Source: an uncultured Actinomycetes bacterium
Lineage (GTDB): Bacteria > Actinomycetota > Thermoleophilia > UBA2241
Length of the DNA stretch: 64,000 bases
Reading direction: 5' to 3'
NCBI GenBank assembly: GCA_963709345.1
Contig: CAVPVX010000011.1
Span: forward strand, 128,001 to 192,000
Within the stretch, counting starts at the first letter, position 1. Every line of letters begins with the position of its first letter. The position numbers and the translations under genes were made by a program. This document shows, piece by piece, positions 51,990 through 63,125 of this stretch. The notes below the pieces were generated by a model, which saw only the letters and a list, made by a program, of their open reading frames with translations, ran no database searches and had not been told where the DNA came from.

Positions 51990-52050
51990 GTGGAAGGCGG
52001 ACATCGATGAAGGCACGGCACAGGCCGGACGGACCGAAGGAGGTCCGGCC

Positions 52051-53517
52051 GTGAAGCGAAATCTCCATGCGGGGCGCCTGCGCAGTGACGGGGTGCAGTT
52101 TCGCGTGCTCACCGACGACGATCTCGCCGACGTCCATCTCGGGACCCTGGAGGTCCTCGAGCGGACGGGCGTGTTCGTCGAGGACGAAGAGGCCCGCGAG
52201 GTCTTCGCCGGGTCCGGAGCCACGGTCGACGCCAAGGGCGTCGTCCGGATCCCAGGCCACGTCGTCGAGCAGGCCGTGCGCACAGCGCCGAGCAAGCTGA
52301 GGCTCGCCGGCCGCAACCCCAGGAACGACATCGTGCTCGAGGCGGGCCGCGTAGGCTTCACCAACTTCGGCGAGGGCGTGCAGATCGTCGACCCGTACAC
52401 CGGCGAGCTCAAGGTCCCGACCAGACAGGACGTCGCCGACACCGCCAAGGTCGTGGACGCGCTGCCCAACGTGGACGTGTACGAGCGCGCCGTGGTGGCC
52501 GAGGACGTCGACCAGCGCGTCGTGCATCTGCACCAGGCCGAGGCGTGGATGACGAACACGTCCAAGCACGGCTTCATGGGCTCCGGCAACGGCTATCTCT
52601 CGAAGAAGCTGGTCGAGATGGCCACGGCCGTCGCCGGCGGGCGCGAGAAGCTCAAGGCGCGCCCGCTCATCTCCTTCATCACCTGCCCGGTGAGCCCGCT
52701 CAAGCTCGTTCGGGACACGTGCGAGATCATCATGACAGGCGCGCGCGAGCACGTGGCCGTCAACATCCTGTCGATGGCGATGGCCGGCGGGTCGTCTCCG
52801 GTGACCCTGGCGGGTACGCTCGTGACGCACAATGCCGAGGTGCTCGCCGGTCTGACCCTGGGCCAGCTGGTCAGGCCGGGGGCGGCCGTCGTGTACGGCA
52901 GCTCGACGACGGCCATGGACCTGCGGCTCGCGTCGGCGAGCGTCGGCTCGCCCGAGTGCGGGCTCATCAACGCCGCCGTCGCCCAGATCGCCCGCTTCTA
53001 CCTGCTGCCCAGCTGGGTGGCCGGTGCGTAGGGCGACTCCAAAGTGGTCGATGCCCAAAGTGGCCACGAGAAGACCCTGACCGGCCTTATGCCGGCGTTG
53101 GCAGGCGCCAACGTCATCTACGGTCTGGGGATGATCGAGTCGGGCATGACCTTCGACTTCGGCCAGCTCGTGATGGACGACGAGTTCGCCGGGATGATCA
53201 AGCAGTGCGTCCGTGGCATCCGCGTGGACGACGAGTCGCTGGCGATCGACGTGATCGACGACATCGGCCCCTTCGGCGACTTCCTCAGCCACGACCACAC
53301 GCTGGCCCACATGCGCGAGCAGTCACAGCCGGCCTTCATCGACCGCCGCGTCCGGGAGGACTGGAAGCAGAGCGGTTCGCTGACGATCCAGGACCGCGCG
53401 CTCGCCAAGGCGCGCACGATCCTCGAGACCCATCAGCCGGATGCGCTGCCCGAGGGCGTGGCCGCCGAGTTCACCGAGATCATCCGCGGCGCCGAGCGGG
53501 AGCTGGGCGTCTCGTGA
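52051..53517 (+). CDS. mttB: Trimethylamine:corrinoid methyltransferase MttB, pyrrolysine TAG at 53029-53031 (codon 327 of 488)
   Basis: Motifs FTNFGEG, CPVSPL, LSMAMAGGSSPVTLAGTLVTHNAEVL, YGSSTT, VGSPE, then LPSWVAGA-TAG-GDSKVVDAQSGHEKT, equivalent to MttB LPxYVAGx-O-SDAK..D.QAGHEKT. GAAGGAGG RBS. Confidence 0.93.
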
Positions 53518-53548
53518 CCGGCGTTCCGCCAGAAGGAGGGCGGGACGG

Positions 53549-54931
53549 ATGAGCGCGATCCGTACACGCATGGGCGACGGCTACGTCACCGAGCTCACGC
53601 CGCAGGAGCTACGCGACGACCTCGTGGCCGGCAGCGCCGACGCCGTGAAGCGCGGCAAGGTGCCGCCGCTCGAGGAGAACGAGGTCGACTGGCTGGTCGA
53701 CCTGTTCACCAACCCCAGTCGCATCATGGGGGTGGAGGCGGGCCACGAGGTCATCCTGACCAAGGACGGCTCCGTCAACACGCTGTACTCGGCCCAGCTC
53801 TCCAGCGGCGTAGGGCTGCCGCTGGGCCGCGAGCAGTGCTTCCGCATCTTCGAGCGTGCGTTCTGCTTCGACACCATGGAGATCGGCCACCCCGACTACT
53901 CCTACAAGCCGGTCAAGCCGATCGTCGCCCTGGAGGCGACCGGCGTGGAGCAGGCTCTGCTGACGGCCGTGATCCCGGTGTTCTACGGCGCCATGCCGAA
54001 CTTCGGCCTGTATGCCCAGCCGGACGGGCCGTTCCCCAACCCCGCCGACCTGCTCCCTCGAGGTGAGGTGGAGGCGGCCCGCGAGGCGCAGATGCAGATG
54101 GCCGAGGCATGCAAGGCCGACATGCTCTACGTCTCGCGCATCATGGCCGAGGTGGGCAGTGACGGCATGAACTTCGACACCACGGCCTCGACCGGCGACG
54201 CCGAGTTCCTCGCCGTGCTCGAGACGGTGGAGGAGCTGGCCGCGACCACCGACCTCGCCATCGAGGTCGGCATGGCGGCCGAGTTCGTCCTCGGCTTCCA
54301 CGGCGAGCTCGAGTACAAGGGCAAGCGGCTCGCCGGCATGTGGCCCCACCAGCAGGTCAAGGTGGTGGAGGATGCCGGCGCGCACCTGTTCGGACCCGTC
54401 GTCAATACCAACTCGGGCCGATCGGTGCCGTGGAACGTCGCGCGCGCCGTCACCATCGTCAAGGAGTGCTCGCGCGTCGCGACGATCCCCATCCACGCCA
54501 ACGTCGGCATGGGCGTCGGCGGCGTGCCCATGTTCGAGGTGCCGCCGACGGACGTCCTCACGCGGGCCAGCGCGGCCATGGTCGAGATCGGCCGCGTCGA
54601 CGGGTTGTAGGTGGGCACCGGCGATCCCTACGGGATGTCGATCAGCCACGCGCTCGCGTCGGGCATGGGCGGTATCAGGACCTCCGGAGATCTGGTGGCC
54701 CGGATGCAGCTCCGCAAGAAGATGAGGCTCCCGGAAGCGAAGAAGTACGTGGCCGACAAGCTCCACGTCAGCCTGGACGATCTGTCCGACTCGACCGTCA
54801 TGCGCGGTCTGCGTCAGGAGCTGGACATCGGCGTCATCACGGCCGTCCCCGGTGCGCGGCGGGGCATCGAGGCCAAGCGCAACATCGCCGAGCTCCTTGA
54901 CGTCGAGGTGCCCTGCCTCAAGCGGCTGTAG
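53549..54931 (+). CDS. mtbB: Dimethylamine:corrinoid methyltransferase MtbB copy 2, pyrrolysine TAG at 54608-54610 (codon 354 of 460)
   Basis: Intact frame; [16 protein letters not shown], with an in-frame MtbB C-terminus continuing after the TAG. AAGGAGG RBS. Confidence 0.94.
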
Positions 54932-55287
54932 GTGCAGGGCGGCTCTCTCCCGGACGCCCGCGGCCGGCTTGCAGCCGGCCGCGGGCGTCCGCGTGGCCGG
55001 GATCGACAGGGCGGCACGCGGCGGGTCGCGAGCTCGGGTTTCGGATTCCGTGCCGAATCGCTAGCCGCGGTTACTAAGTTCCTCCATCAGGTCCACTTGA
55101 TTCATGAAGTGAGGAAGACGGACGAGACACGATTGGAATCCGTCGTTGAGCGCTTGTCGGCGGGGAGCCCCGGTGCTACCCTCGGGGACAGGGACTCCGT
55201 CACGTGGCCCGCCGCCTCACGGCCCGGCCCGGGATGTGAGGCGAAATCCCAGGCGCTGCACATCACGACTGAGCGAGGAGCTGCCAG

Positions 55288-56016
55288 ATGAACAAGATTG
55301 TCCCCCTCTGGTCCGTCCCGCGGTCCATCTCCACCGGGTTCGAGCGCATGATGTTCGAGCGCGGCGACTTCAAGGTCGTCCACGAGCCGTACGGCTACTT
55401 CTTCTATCTCGAGGCCGCGCACAAGGAGCCCGTGGGCATGCAGCCGCAGGAGGGCCACCCGCGGACCTTCGAGGGCACGACGGAGATGATCGAGGCGGCA
55501 GCCACCGACAAGCCCGTCTTCTTCAAGGACATGGCCTACTACGTCAGCGACGTCGCGGACGAGGACTTCATGAAGAAGTTCACCAACACGTTCATCATCC
55601 GTGACCCCGCCCTCACGCTGGTCTCGTACCACAAGCTCGACCCCGGCGTGACCCTGCGCGAGATCGGCTTCGAGTCGCAGTTCAAGCTGTTCGAGTTGGC
55701 CAAGAAGATCACCGGCGAGGTGCCGGCCGTGGTCGACGCCGAGGACCTGCTCATCGATGCCGGGTCCGTGGTCAAGCAGTACTGCGAGAAGGTCGGCATC
55801 CCGTTCCTGCTCGAGTCGCTCACCTGGAAACCCGAGTTCAAGCAGGAGTGGAAAGACTGGGAGATGTGGCACCTCGACGCCGGCGACAGCACCGGGTTCC
55901 AGAAGGACATGGAGGACTTCGGCTACACGGTCGACGACGTGCCCGAGCTCAGGGAGATGTACGACAAGTGCATGCCGCTGTACGAGAAGATGTACGCGGA
56001 GCGGCTCAAGCCGTGA
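55288..56016 (+). CDS. Sulfotransferase-like P-loop protein
   Basis: WSVPRSIST (5'-PSB-like loop), VVHEPY, FFKDMA, FIIRDP...SY (3'-PB-like). GAGGAG RBS. Confidence 0.75.
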   Translation: MNKIVPLWSVPRSISTGFERMMFERGDFKVVHEPYGYFFYLEAAHKEPVGMQPQEGHPRTFEGTTEMIEAAATDKPVFFKDMAYYVSDVADEDFMKKFTNTFIIRDPALTLVSYHKLDPGVTLREIGFESQFKLFELAKKITGEVPAVVDAEDLLIDAGSVVKQYCEKVGIPFLLESLTWKPEFKQEWKDWEMWHLDAGDSTGFQKDMEDFGYTVDDVPELREMYDKCMPLYEKMYAERLKP

Positions 56017-56148
56017 CCGGCTGGTCTTCCCGGGAGGGCGTCTGTGCCGCGGGCGGCCCTCCCGGGGGGATTCGAGTGTGACCGCGCCTGCCCGGCCGGG
56101 CGCCGCGCGAGCATCCGGATCGCACCACCATCGGCGAGGAGTCCTGCC

Positions 56149-57394
<1,246 letters not shown>

Positions 57395-57414
<20 letters not shown>

Positions 57415-59104
57415 TCGCCGGCGCCGGCTGAGCCTTCCCTCACGCGGCGACCTGCTGCACGACCTGGTCGCCGGCGTCACCGTGGGGGCGTCGCAGGTCG
57501 GCAACGCCATGGCGTACACCATGCTCGCCGGCGTCCCGCCCCTCCACGGACTGTATGGGGTCGCCGCCGGGACGCCCGCGGGAGCGCTGGCGTCCGGGTC
57601 GCAGCGCATGCCGATCGTGCCGACGGCGGCGCTCTGTCTGGCGGCCGGCGGCGCGCTGGCGACCCTGCCCCCGGCGCACCGCGTCGACGGGCTGTTCACG
57701 CTCGCCGTGCTCACCGGCGTCATCATGCTCGCCGCCGGCCTGCTGCGAGCGGGCGGACTGGTGCGGTTCATCTCCAACGCGGTGATGGTCGGGCTCATGG
57801 CCGGCATCGCCGTGACGATCCTGCTCTCCCAGCTCGGCGCGCTCACCGGATTCTCCAGCCGCTACGACAACAAGGCCCGTGAGGCGGCCGACCTCCTGTT
57901 GCATCCTCTTGCGTCCGACCTGTGGACCGCCGTCATCGGCCTGACTACGGTAGTCCTCGTCCTCCTCCTCAGGCGCACCCCCGCCCGGCTCTTCGCCATG
58001 GCGCTGCCGCTCGTCCTCATGACGGCCGTCGTCGCCCTCGTCCAGCCGCCGTCCGTCGCCGTGGTCGGAGACATCGCCCCGATCCCCCGGGCGTTGCCGT
58101 TGCCTCGCCTCCCCGATCTCTCACTGGCGCCGGGGCTGCTGCTGCCGGCGCTCTCCCTGGTGATCATCGGTCTCGTCCAGGGCGCCGGACTCAGCCGCAC
58201 GGTCCCCAACGCGGACGGGTCCTTTGGCGACACCAGCACGGACTTCGTAGGCCACGGCGTCGCCAACATCGTCTCGGGCGTCTTCAGCGGTGGGGTGGCG
58301 GGGGGGTCGGTCCAGGCCACGGCGCTCAACCTCGGCGCCGGGGCGCGCACCCGGTGGGCGTCGGTCTTCACGGGCGCGTTCGTCATCGTCGTCATCCTCG
58401 CCGTCGCCCCACTCGTGCAGGAGGTGCCGCTGGCGGTCACCGCGGGCATCCTGATCGTCGCCGCGGCCGGCGCGCTCAAGCCGCGCGATGCCCTCGATGT
58501 CTGGCGGGCGGACAGGATGTCCGCCGCCATCATGGTGATGACCTTCGTCCTGGTCCTGGTCATCCCGCTCCAGTACGCGGTGCTCGCCGGGGCGGCCGTC
58601 TCGGTGCTGAAGTACATCTACCTGTCGTCGCTCGACGTCCGCGTGACCCAGGTGGTGCTGAACGGCGGGGGGTTGCCGAGAGAGGTGGAGGCTCCGCGCG
58701 CGCTCCCGAGCGAGGCGGTGACCGTCCTCGACGTCTACGGCAGCCTCTTCTACGCTGCCGCACCTCGCGTCCGAACGTCACTGCCGGTCGTCGGTGAGGC
58801 TCACTGCCCCGTCGTCGTCCTCCGTCTGCGCGGCCGTGGCAGGCTCCACAGCGCCACGATCGCCGTGCTTCGCGACTACGCGGAGGAGTGCATGGCCCGC
58901 GGAGGGCGCCTGTATCTCGCCGGCGTGGGCACGGAGATGGAGGATCAGTTGCGTCGCACCGGCCTTCTCGACCTGCTGGGCCCCGACGCGGTGGTGGAGG
59001 CGAGCGACGAGGTGTACGGCGCGTGCGCGACGGCGCAGCGGCGCGGCGAACGCTGGCTGGCGGAGGACGCCGGCGGGCGAGGGCCGGGTCCGCGCACCGT
59101 CTGA
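57395..59104 (+). CDS. SulP family sulfate/anion transporter with STAS domain
   Basis: Motifs MAYTMLAG.PP..GLY and FISNAVMVG; STAS motif GSLFYA. Confidence 0.88.
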
Positions 59105-59129
59105 GCTCTGCCGGTGCGCGTCATCCTCT

Positions 59130-59345
59130 TCAAGGACGCCGGCGCTCCGGGTGCTCCCCGCACCAGTCGCCCGGATCGGTGACCGGGAACTCGCGCGGAG
59201 GCCGGGGAGGAGACTGGCGGCATTCGCCCTTCTCGTTCGGGGTCCTGACCTCGACCTGGGCGCTCTCGGTCGCCGACCAGCGGTACTCGACCCTCTCGGG
59301 GAACCGCGACCACCAGGGGCAGGTCGTGCACGTCGGCTCGTCCAT
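59130..59345 (-). CDS. Small four-cysteine protein (CxxC...GECR..PP...DWCGEH)
   Basis: AGGAGG RBS before the ATG at 59345; the Cys/Trp pattern is non-random. Confidence 0.65.
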   Translation of the reverse strand: MDEPTCTTCPWWSRFPERVEYRWSATESAQVEVRTPNEKGECRQSPPRPPREFPVTDPGDWCGEHPERRRP

Positions 59346-59495
59346 GACAACACCCTCCTGCACGGCCGCAACCGGTGCGGATCCGCGCGATCCCGGGGAC
59401 CGGGCTCAGCACCGCGATCCGTCATCCTCTTCTCACACGTGAGGGTACCCCGTGCGTGCGCCGGCGCGCCATCCGGCGTGCGTCGCGGCGGCGGC

Positions 59496-60341
59496 TCAGC
59501 CGAGCGTCAGGCAGACGATGCCGGCGAACACGAGGCAGGCCGCGACGATCTGAACTGGTCGCAGTCGCTCGCGAAGCACGATGCGCGCCCAGACCATGGT
59601 GACGGCGGGGTTCAGCCAGCCGAGGACTCCCACGATGCTCAGGTAGCCGAACGTCGTCGCGGAGGTGAACAGCAGGTTCGCGGCCACGATCAGTGATCCG
59701 ATGACCAGGAGCCACGGCACCGCCCGACGGCGCAGGCGCACGACCGGCCGGGTCGCGACGGCGATGGCGAGGAGGGTGACCAGGGCCGTGGTGCGCGCGA
59801 CGGTCACCGTGTACAGGGGCTCGGCCTCGTCGCCGTAGTCCAGAGCGACCAGGAAGAGGCCGAAGGCCGCGGCGGACAGGACGGCCATGACGACGCCCGT
59901 GCGGTCCAGGGAGCGTGACGCGTCGGGCGCGCCGGGCTCCCGACGGGAGACGAGGACGATCCCGACGAGGGTGAGCGCGATGCCCAGCGTCTGCAGGACG
60001 CCGGGCCGCTCGCCGCCGGCGGTGCCCCACAGCACGGGCACGAGCGCGGCGCCGGCGATGATCGGCGAGACCACGCTCATGTCGACGAGCGCGAGCGCGC
60101 GATACTGGAGGACGACCCCGAGACCGCCGACCGCTCCGCCGACGGCGGGCGCGGCCAGAGCCGCCAGGGAGGGCCGTGCCGGCGACGCCGCCGCCAGCAG
60201 GGCGAGCAGCGAGACCGAGGCGACCGTCTGACCTCCCAGCGCGGCGGTCCACGCGGTCGAACGCCGCGACTCGAGACCCGCCAGGAAGTCCGAGGTACCC
60301 CAGGAGAAGCTTGCGAGCAGGGCGAGGACGGCGGCGATCAC
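59496..60341 (-). CDS. EamA/DMT transporter
   Basis: WGTSDFLAG, MSVVSPI, LRERL; hydrophobic throughout. Confidence 0.85.
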   Translation of the reverse strand: MIAAVLALLASFSWGTSDFLAGLESRRSTAWTAALGGQTVASVSLLALLAAASPARPSLAALAAPAVGGAVGGLGVVLQYRALALVDMSVVSPIIAGAALVPVLWGTAGGERPGVLQTLGIALTLVGIVLVSRREPGAPDASRSLDRTGVVMAVLSAAAFGLFLVALDYGDEAEPLYTVTVARTTALVTLLAIAVATRPVVRLRRRAVPWLLVIGSLIVAANLLFTSATTFGYLSIVGVLGWLNPAVTMVWARIVLRERLRPVQIVAACLVFAGIVCLTLG

Positions 60342-60380
60342 GGTCAGGTCACGCGCGCCGGAGGGTCACAGGGCGCGCGC

Positions 60381-60971
60381 TCAGGAACCCGGCGCGGGAT
60401 CGCCTTCCCCGTCCGTACCGTGCTTGTCCGTCGAGGCTCCGAGGCCGACATCCTCGCCCTCCCAGTTGTAGAAGAACTTCTCGGTGCGCAGCACGTTCCA
60501 GGTCTGCGTCCCGGCGATGCCGTCGATCTTCTCGAGGTCCTCGTTCAGGAACTTGAACAGGCCCTCTGTGTGGGGCAGGTACGCCTGGATGATGATGTCG
60601 AAGTTCCCGGCTACGTAGGCGACGTAGGCGACGTTCTCCATCTCCGCCAGCCTGCGCCCGACCTCCCTGACCTTGCCGCGCACGACATTGATGCCGACCA
60701 TGGCGTCGATGGGGAAGCCGATGGGAGCCGGGTTGATGCGCGCGGCGTTGATGATGGCGCCCGCGTCCACCAGACGGTCGATGCGCTTACGCACGGTAGG
60801 CTCGGAGAGGCCGACGACGCGCGCGATGTGGGCGTAGCTCAGTCGCGCGTCGTGCCGCAGCAGCTTCATGATGCGGCGGTCGCTGTCGTCCAGTTCGATG
60901 GTGCCGTGGGGCAGGGACCCCAGTCGGACGAACGGCTGATTGTCGTGATGTCTATCCGAATCGCCCTTCAT
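60381..60971 (-). CDS. Lrp/AsnC family regulator
   Basis: LDDSDRRIMKLLRHDARLSYAHIA...VGLSEPTVRKRI; G.FD in the RAM domain. Confidence 0.92.
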   Translation of the reverse strand: MKGDSDRHHDNQPFVRLGSLPHGTIELDDSDRRIMKLLRHDARLSYAHIARVVGLSEPTVRKRIDRLVDAGAIINAARINPAPIGFPIDAMVGINVVRGKVREVGRRLAEMENVAYVAYVAGNFDIIIQAYLPHTEGLFKFLNEDLEKIDGIAGTQTWNVLRTEKFFYNWEGEDVGLGASTDKHGTDGEGDPAPGS

Positions 60972-61286
60972 GAATGCGAAGTATAGCGAATAGGCCCTGC
61001 GCGTTCAATGACCCGCTCGGAATACGCCACTTTCGCTACGATTCAACAGTCCCTCTATTTGCCAGCGCGGGGTTCTGGTGCTACTGTGTCTCGCGGGGAG
61101 TCTTGACAGGGCGGCGGCACGTTGTCCATGGATGGTGACGCATGGTGATTACCGACCCGAGTGGATGTTGGTGGGCGCGGACATGACCATTGATGGCGCT
61201 CGGCGGCGAGACCGACTTCCCGAGACGCCTTTGATCGAGTTGAGGTGCGACCTTCAGGAAACGGCCAAGACAGGGGGAACGGCATC

Positions 61287-62939
61287 GTGACTGACAAGGA
61301 TCAGCGGTCTTCATCGGGGTACGACTTCGGCGAGCTCGGGGAGCTCGTCAACGGCAAGCGCATCTCGCGGCGCAGCCTGCTCAAGGGCGCGGCTGCCATG
61401 GGGGCGGTAGCGGCGCTGGGGCCGATCGCCTCGGCGTGCGGCAGCGGCGACTCCGGCACGGACGCGTCGAGTTCGGCGGCCGCGGAGGGTTCGGCTACCA
61501 AGGGCGGCGACCTCAAGGTCGGCATCGTCGGCGGCTCCGCCAAGGACACGGCCGATCCGCACACCGGCTCGTACGAGCCCGACATCGCCATCCAGTACAT
61601 CATGTACGAGGGCCTCACCGCGTGGGACTTCGACATGAACCTCACCAATCTGCTGGCCGAGACCATCGAGCCCAACGCCGACGGTTCCGTCTGGCAGGTC
61701 ACGCTCCGGGACGGGGTGCTGTGGCACGACGGCAAGCCCGTCACCGCCGACGACGTCGTCTACTCCATGGACCGCATCGTCGACCCGAAGGACCCGAAGG
61801 TCGGCGCCGCCGCTCTTACGGGCGTCACGCCCGGCGGTACGAAGAAGGTCGACGACAAAACGGTCGAGATCACTCTTTCGACGGCGAACGTGCTGTTGGC
61901 CGAGAACCTCGCCGAGCGTAGCTGCAAGATCGTGCCGGTGGGCTTCGACCCGAAAGCTCCCATCGGCAGCGGCCCGTTCAAGATGGTCGACATGAAGCCC
62001 GGTGAGTCCTTCAAGTGGGATGCGTTCGCCGACTACTGGGACACGCCCCCGTACGTCGACACGCTCACCATGATCGAGTATGCCGACGACACGGCGCGCA
62101 TCAACGCGCTGAAGAGCGGCCAGATCCAGGCGATGTCGCAGTTGCCGAAGAGCCAGGCCAAGGTCATCGAGGCGACGGACGGGCTCGCGCTCCTCAACGC
62201 CGAGACCGGCGCATGGCGTCCCTTCACCATGCGCATCGACGTCAAGCCGTTCGACGACGTGCGCGTCCGGCAGGCGTTCCGGCTCATCGTCGACCGCCAG
62301 CAGATGATCGACCAGGCCTACAGCGGCCTCGGCGCCGTCGCCAACGACATGTACGGCCGGTTCGACGCCGGCACGCCCGAGCTCGAGCAGCGCGTGCAGG
62401 ACATCGAGCAGGCCAAGTCGCTGCTCAAGCAGGCCGGCTACGACAACAATCTCACCGTCGAGCTCGTCACCTCGGAGGGCGCGCTGGGCGGCGACGAGGT
62501 CGCGGCGGCGCAGGTGTTCGCCGAGCAGGCCAAGGCCGCCGGTGTCACCGTCAAGATCAAGAAGACCGACTCCAGCGTCTTCTACGGCGACGACTACCTG
62601 TCCTGGCCGTTCGCGCAGGACTTCTGGGCGACGCGCACCTTCCTGGCGCAGGCCAGCCAGGGCACGATGCCCGATGCCCCGTACAACGAGACGCACTGGA
62701 AGAACGCCGAGTGGCTGTCGCTCGTCAATGAGGCCTTCAAGACGGTCGACGACGATCAACGCAACGCGCTGGTCAGCCAGGCCCAGCAGATCGAGTTCGA
62801 CACGGGCGGCTACATCGTCTGGTCGTGGCGCAACCAGGTCGACGCGTACTCCGAGACGACCACCGGCTACAAGCTGGACAAGCTCGGCGGTCCTGTCGGC
62901 CGGATGTACTTCAAGGACGTCTACTTCGTGAAGGGCTGA
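61287..62939 (+). CDS. Family 5 (Dpp/Opp-type) ABC substrate-binding Tat lipoprotein
   Basis: Tat motif SRRSLLKG, lipobox ASAC, LRDGVLWHDGKPVTADDV, PIGSGPF, PFDDVRVRQA. Confidence 0.92.
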   Translation: MTDKDQRSSSGYDFGELGELVNGKRISRRSLLKGAAAMGAVAALGPIASACGSGDSGTDASSSAAAEGSATKGGDLKVGIVGGSAKDTADPHTGSYEPDIAIQYIMYEGLTAWDFDMNLTNLLAETIEPNADGSVWQVTLRDGVLWHDGKPVTADDVVYSMDRIVDPKDPKVGAAALTGVTPGGTKKVDDKTVEITLSTANVLLAENLAERSCKIVPVGFDPKAPIGSGPFKMVDMKPGESFKWDAFADYWDTPPYVDTLTMIEYADDTARINALKSGQIQAMSQLPKSQAKVIEATDGLALLNAETGAWRPFTMRIDVKPFDDVRVRQAFRLIVDRQQMIDQAYSGLGAVANDMYGRFDAGTPELEQRVQDIEQAKSLLKQAGYDNNLTVELVTSEGALGGDEVAAAQVFAEQAKAAGVTVKIKKTDSSVFYGDDYLSWPFAQDFWATRTFLAQASQGTMPDAPYNETHWKNAEWLSLVNEAFKTVDDDQRNALVSQAQQIEFDTGGYIVWSWRNQVDAYSETTTGYKLDKLGGPVGRMYFKDVYFVKG

Positions 62940-62953
62940 TCGGAGAGACGGCA

Positions 62954-62994
62954 GCGGCCGCGGGCGCGGGGCACGGCCCCGCGCCCGCGGCCGC
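62954..62994 (+). repeat. Perfect 19-bp GC hairpin after the substrate-binding gene
   Basis: GCGGCCGCGGGCGCGGGGC-acg-GCCCCGCGCCCGCGGCCGC. Confidence 0.8.
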
Positions 62995-63125
62995 TCCGCG
63001 GCGATTGCCGCCGGCTCGCTCGATCGTCAGCCGGACAGCAGCACTCGTGAACCCGTCTTCTCCGTACTCCGCCCGCGAGAGGCAGCCATCATGATCGGTA
63101 GAACCGCAAGAGGGAGGCGCAGCCC

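Noticed and set aside
49150-54931. ORFs 49150-49503, 53044-53517 and 54611-54931 as independent small genes
   Set aside because: They have no RBS and are in-frame C-terminal parts of MtbB/MttB after the amber codons.
47000-56000. tRNA-Pyl or pylSBCD genes near the cluster
   Set aside because: No CTCTAAA anticodon loop in a cloverleaf and no PylS/B/C/D-like ORF found by eye anywhere in the window; they must lie elsewhere if present.
61100-61286. Glycine riboswitch in the ABC leader
   Set aside because: Only scattered partial matches (GAGAC, TTCAGG); the core GCCGAAG arrangement is absent.
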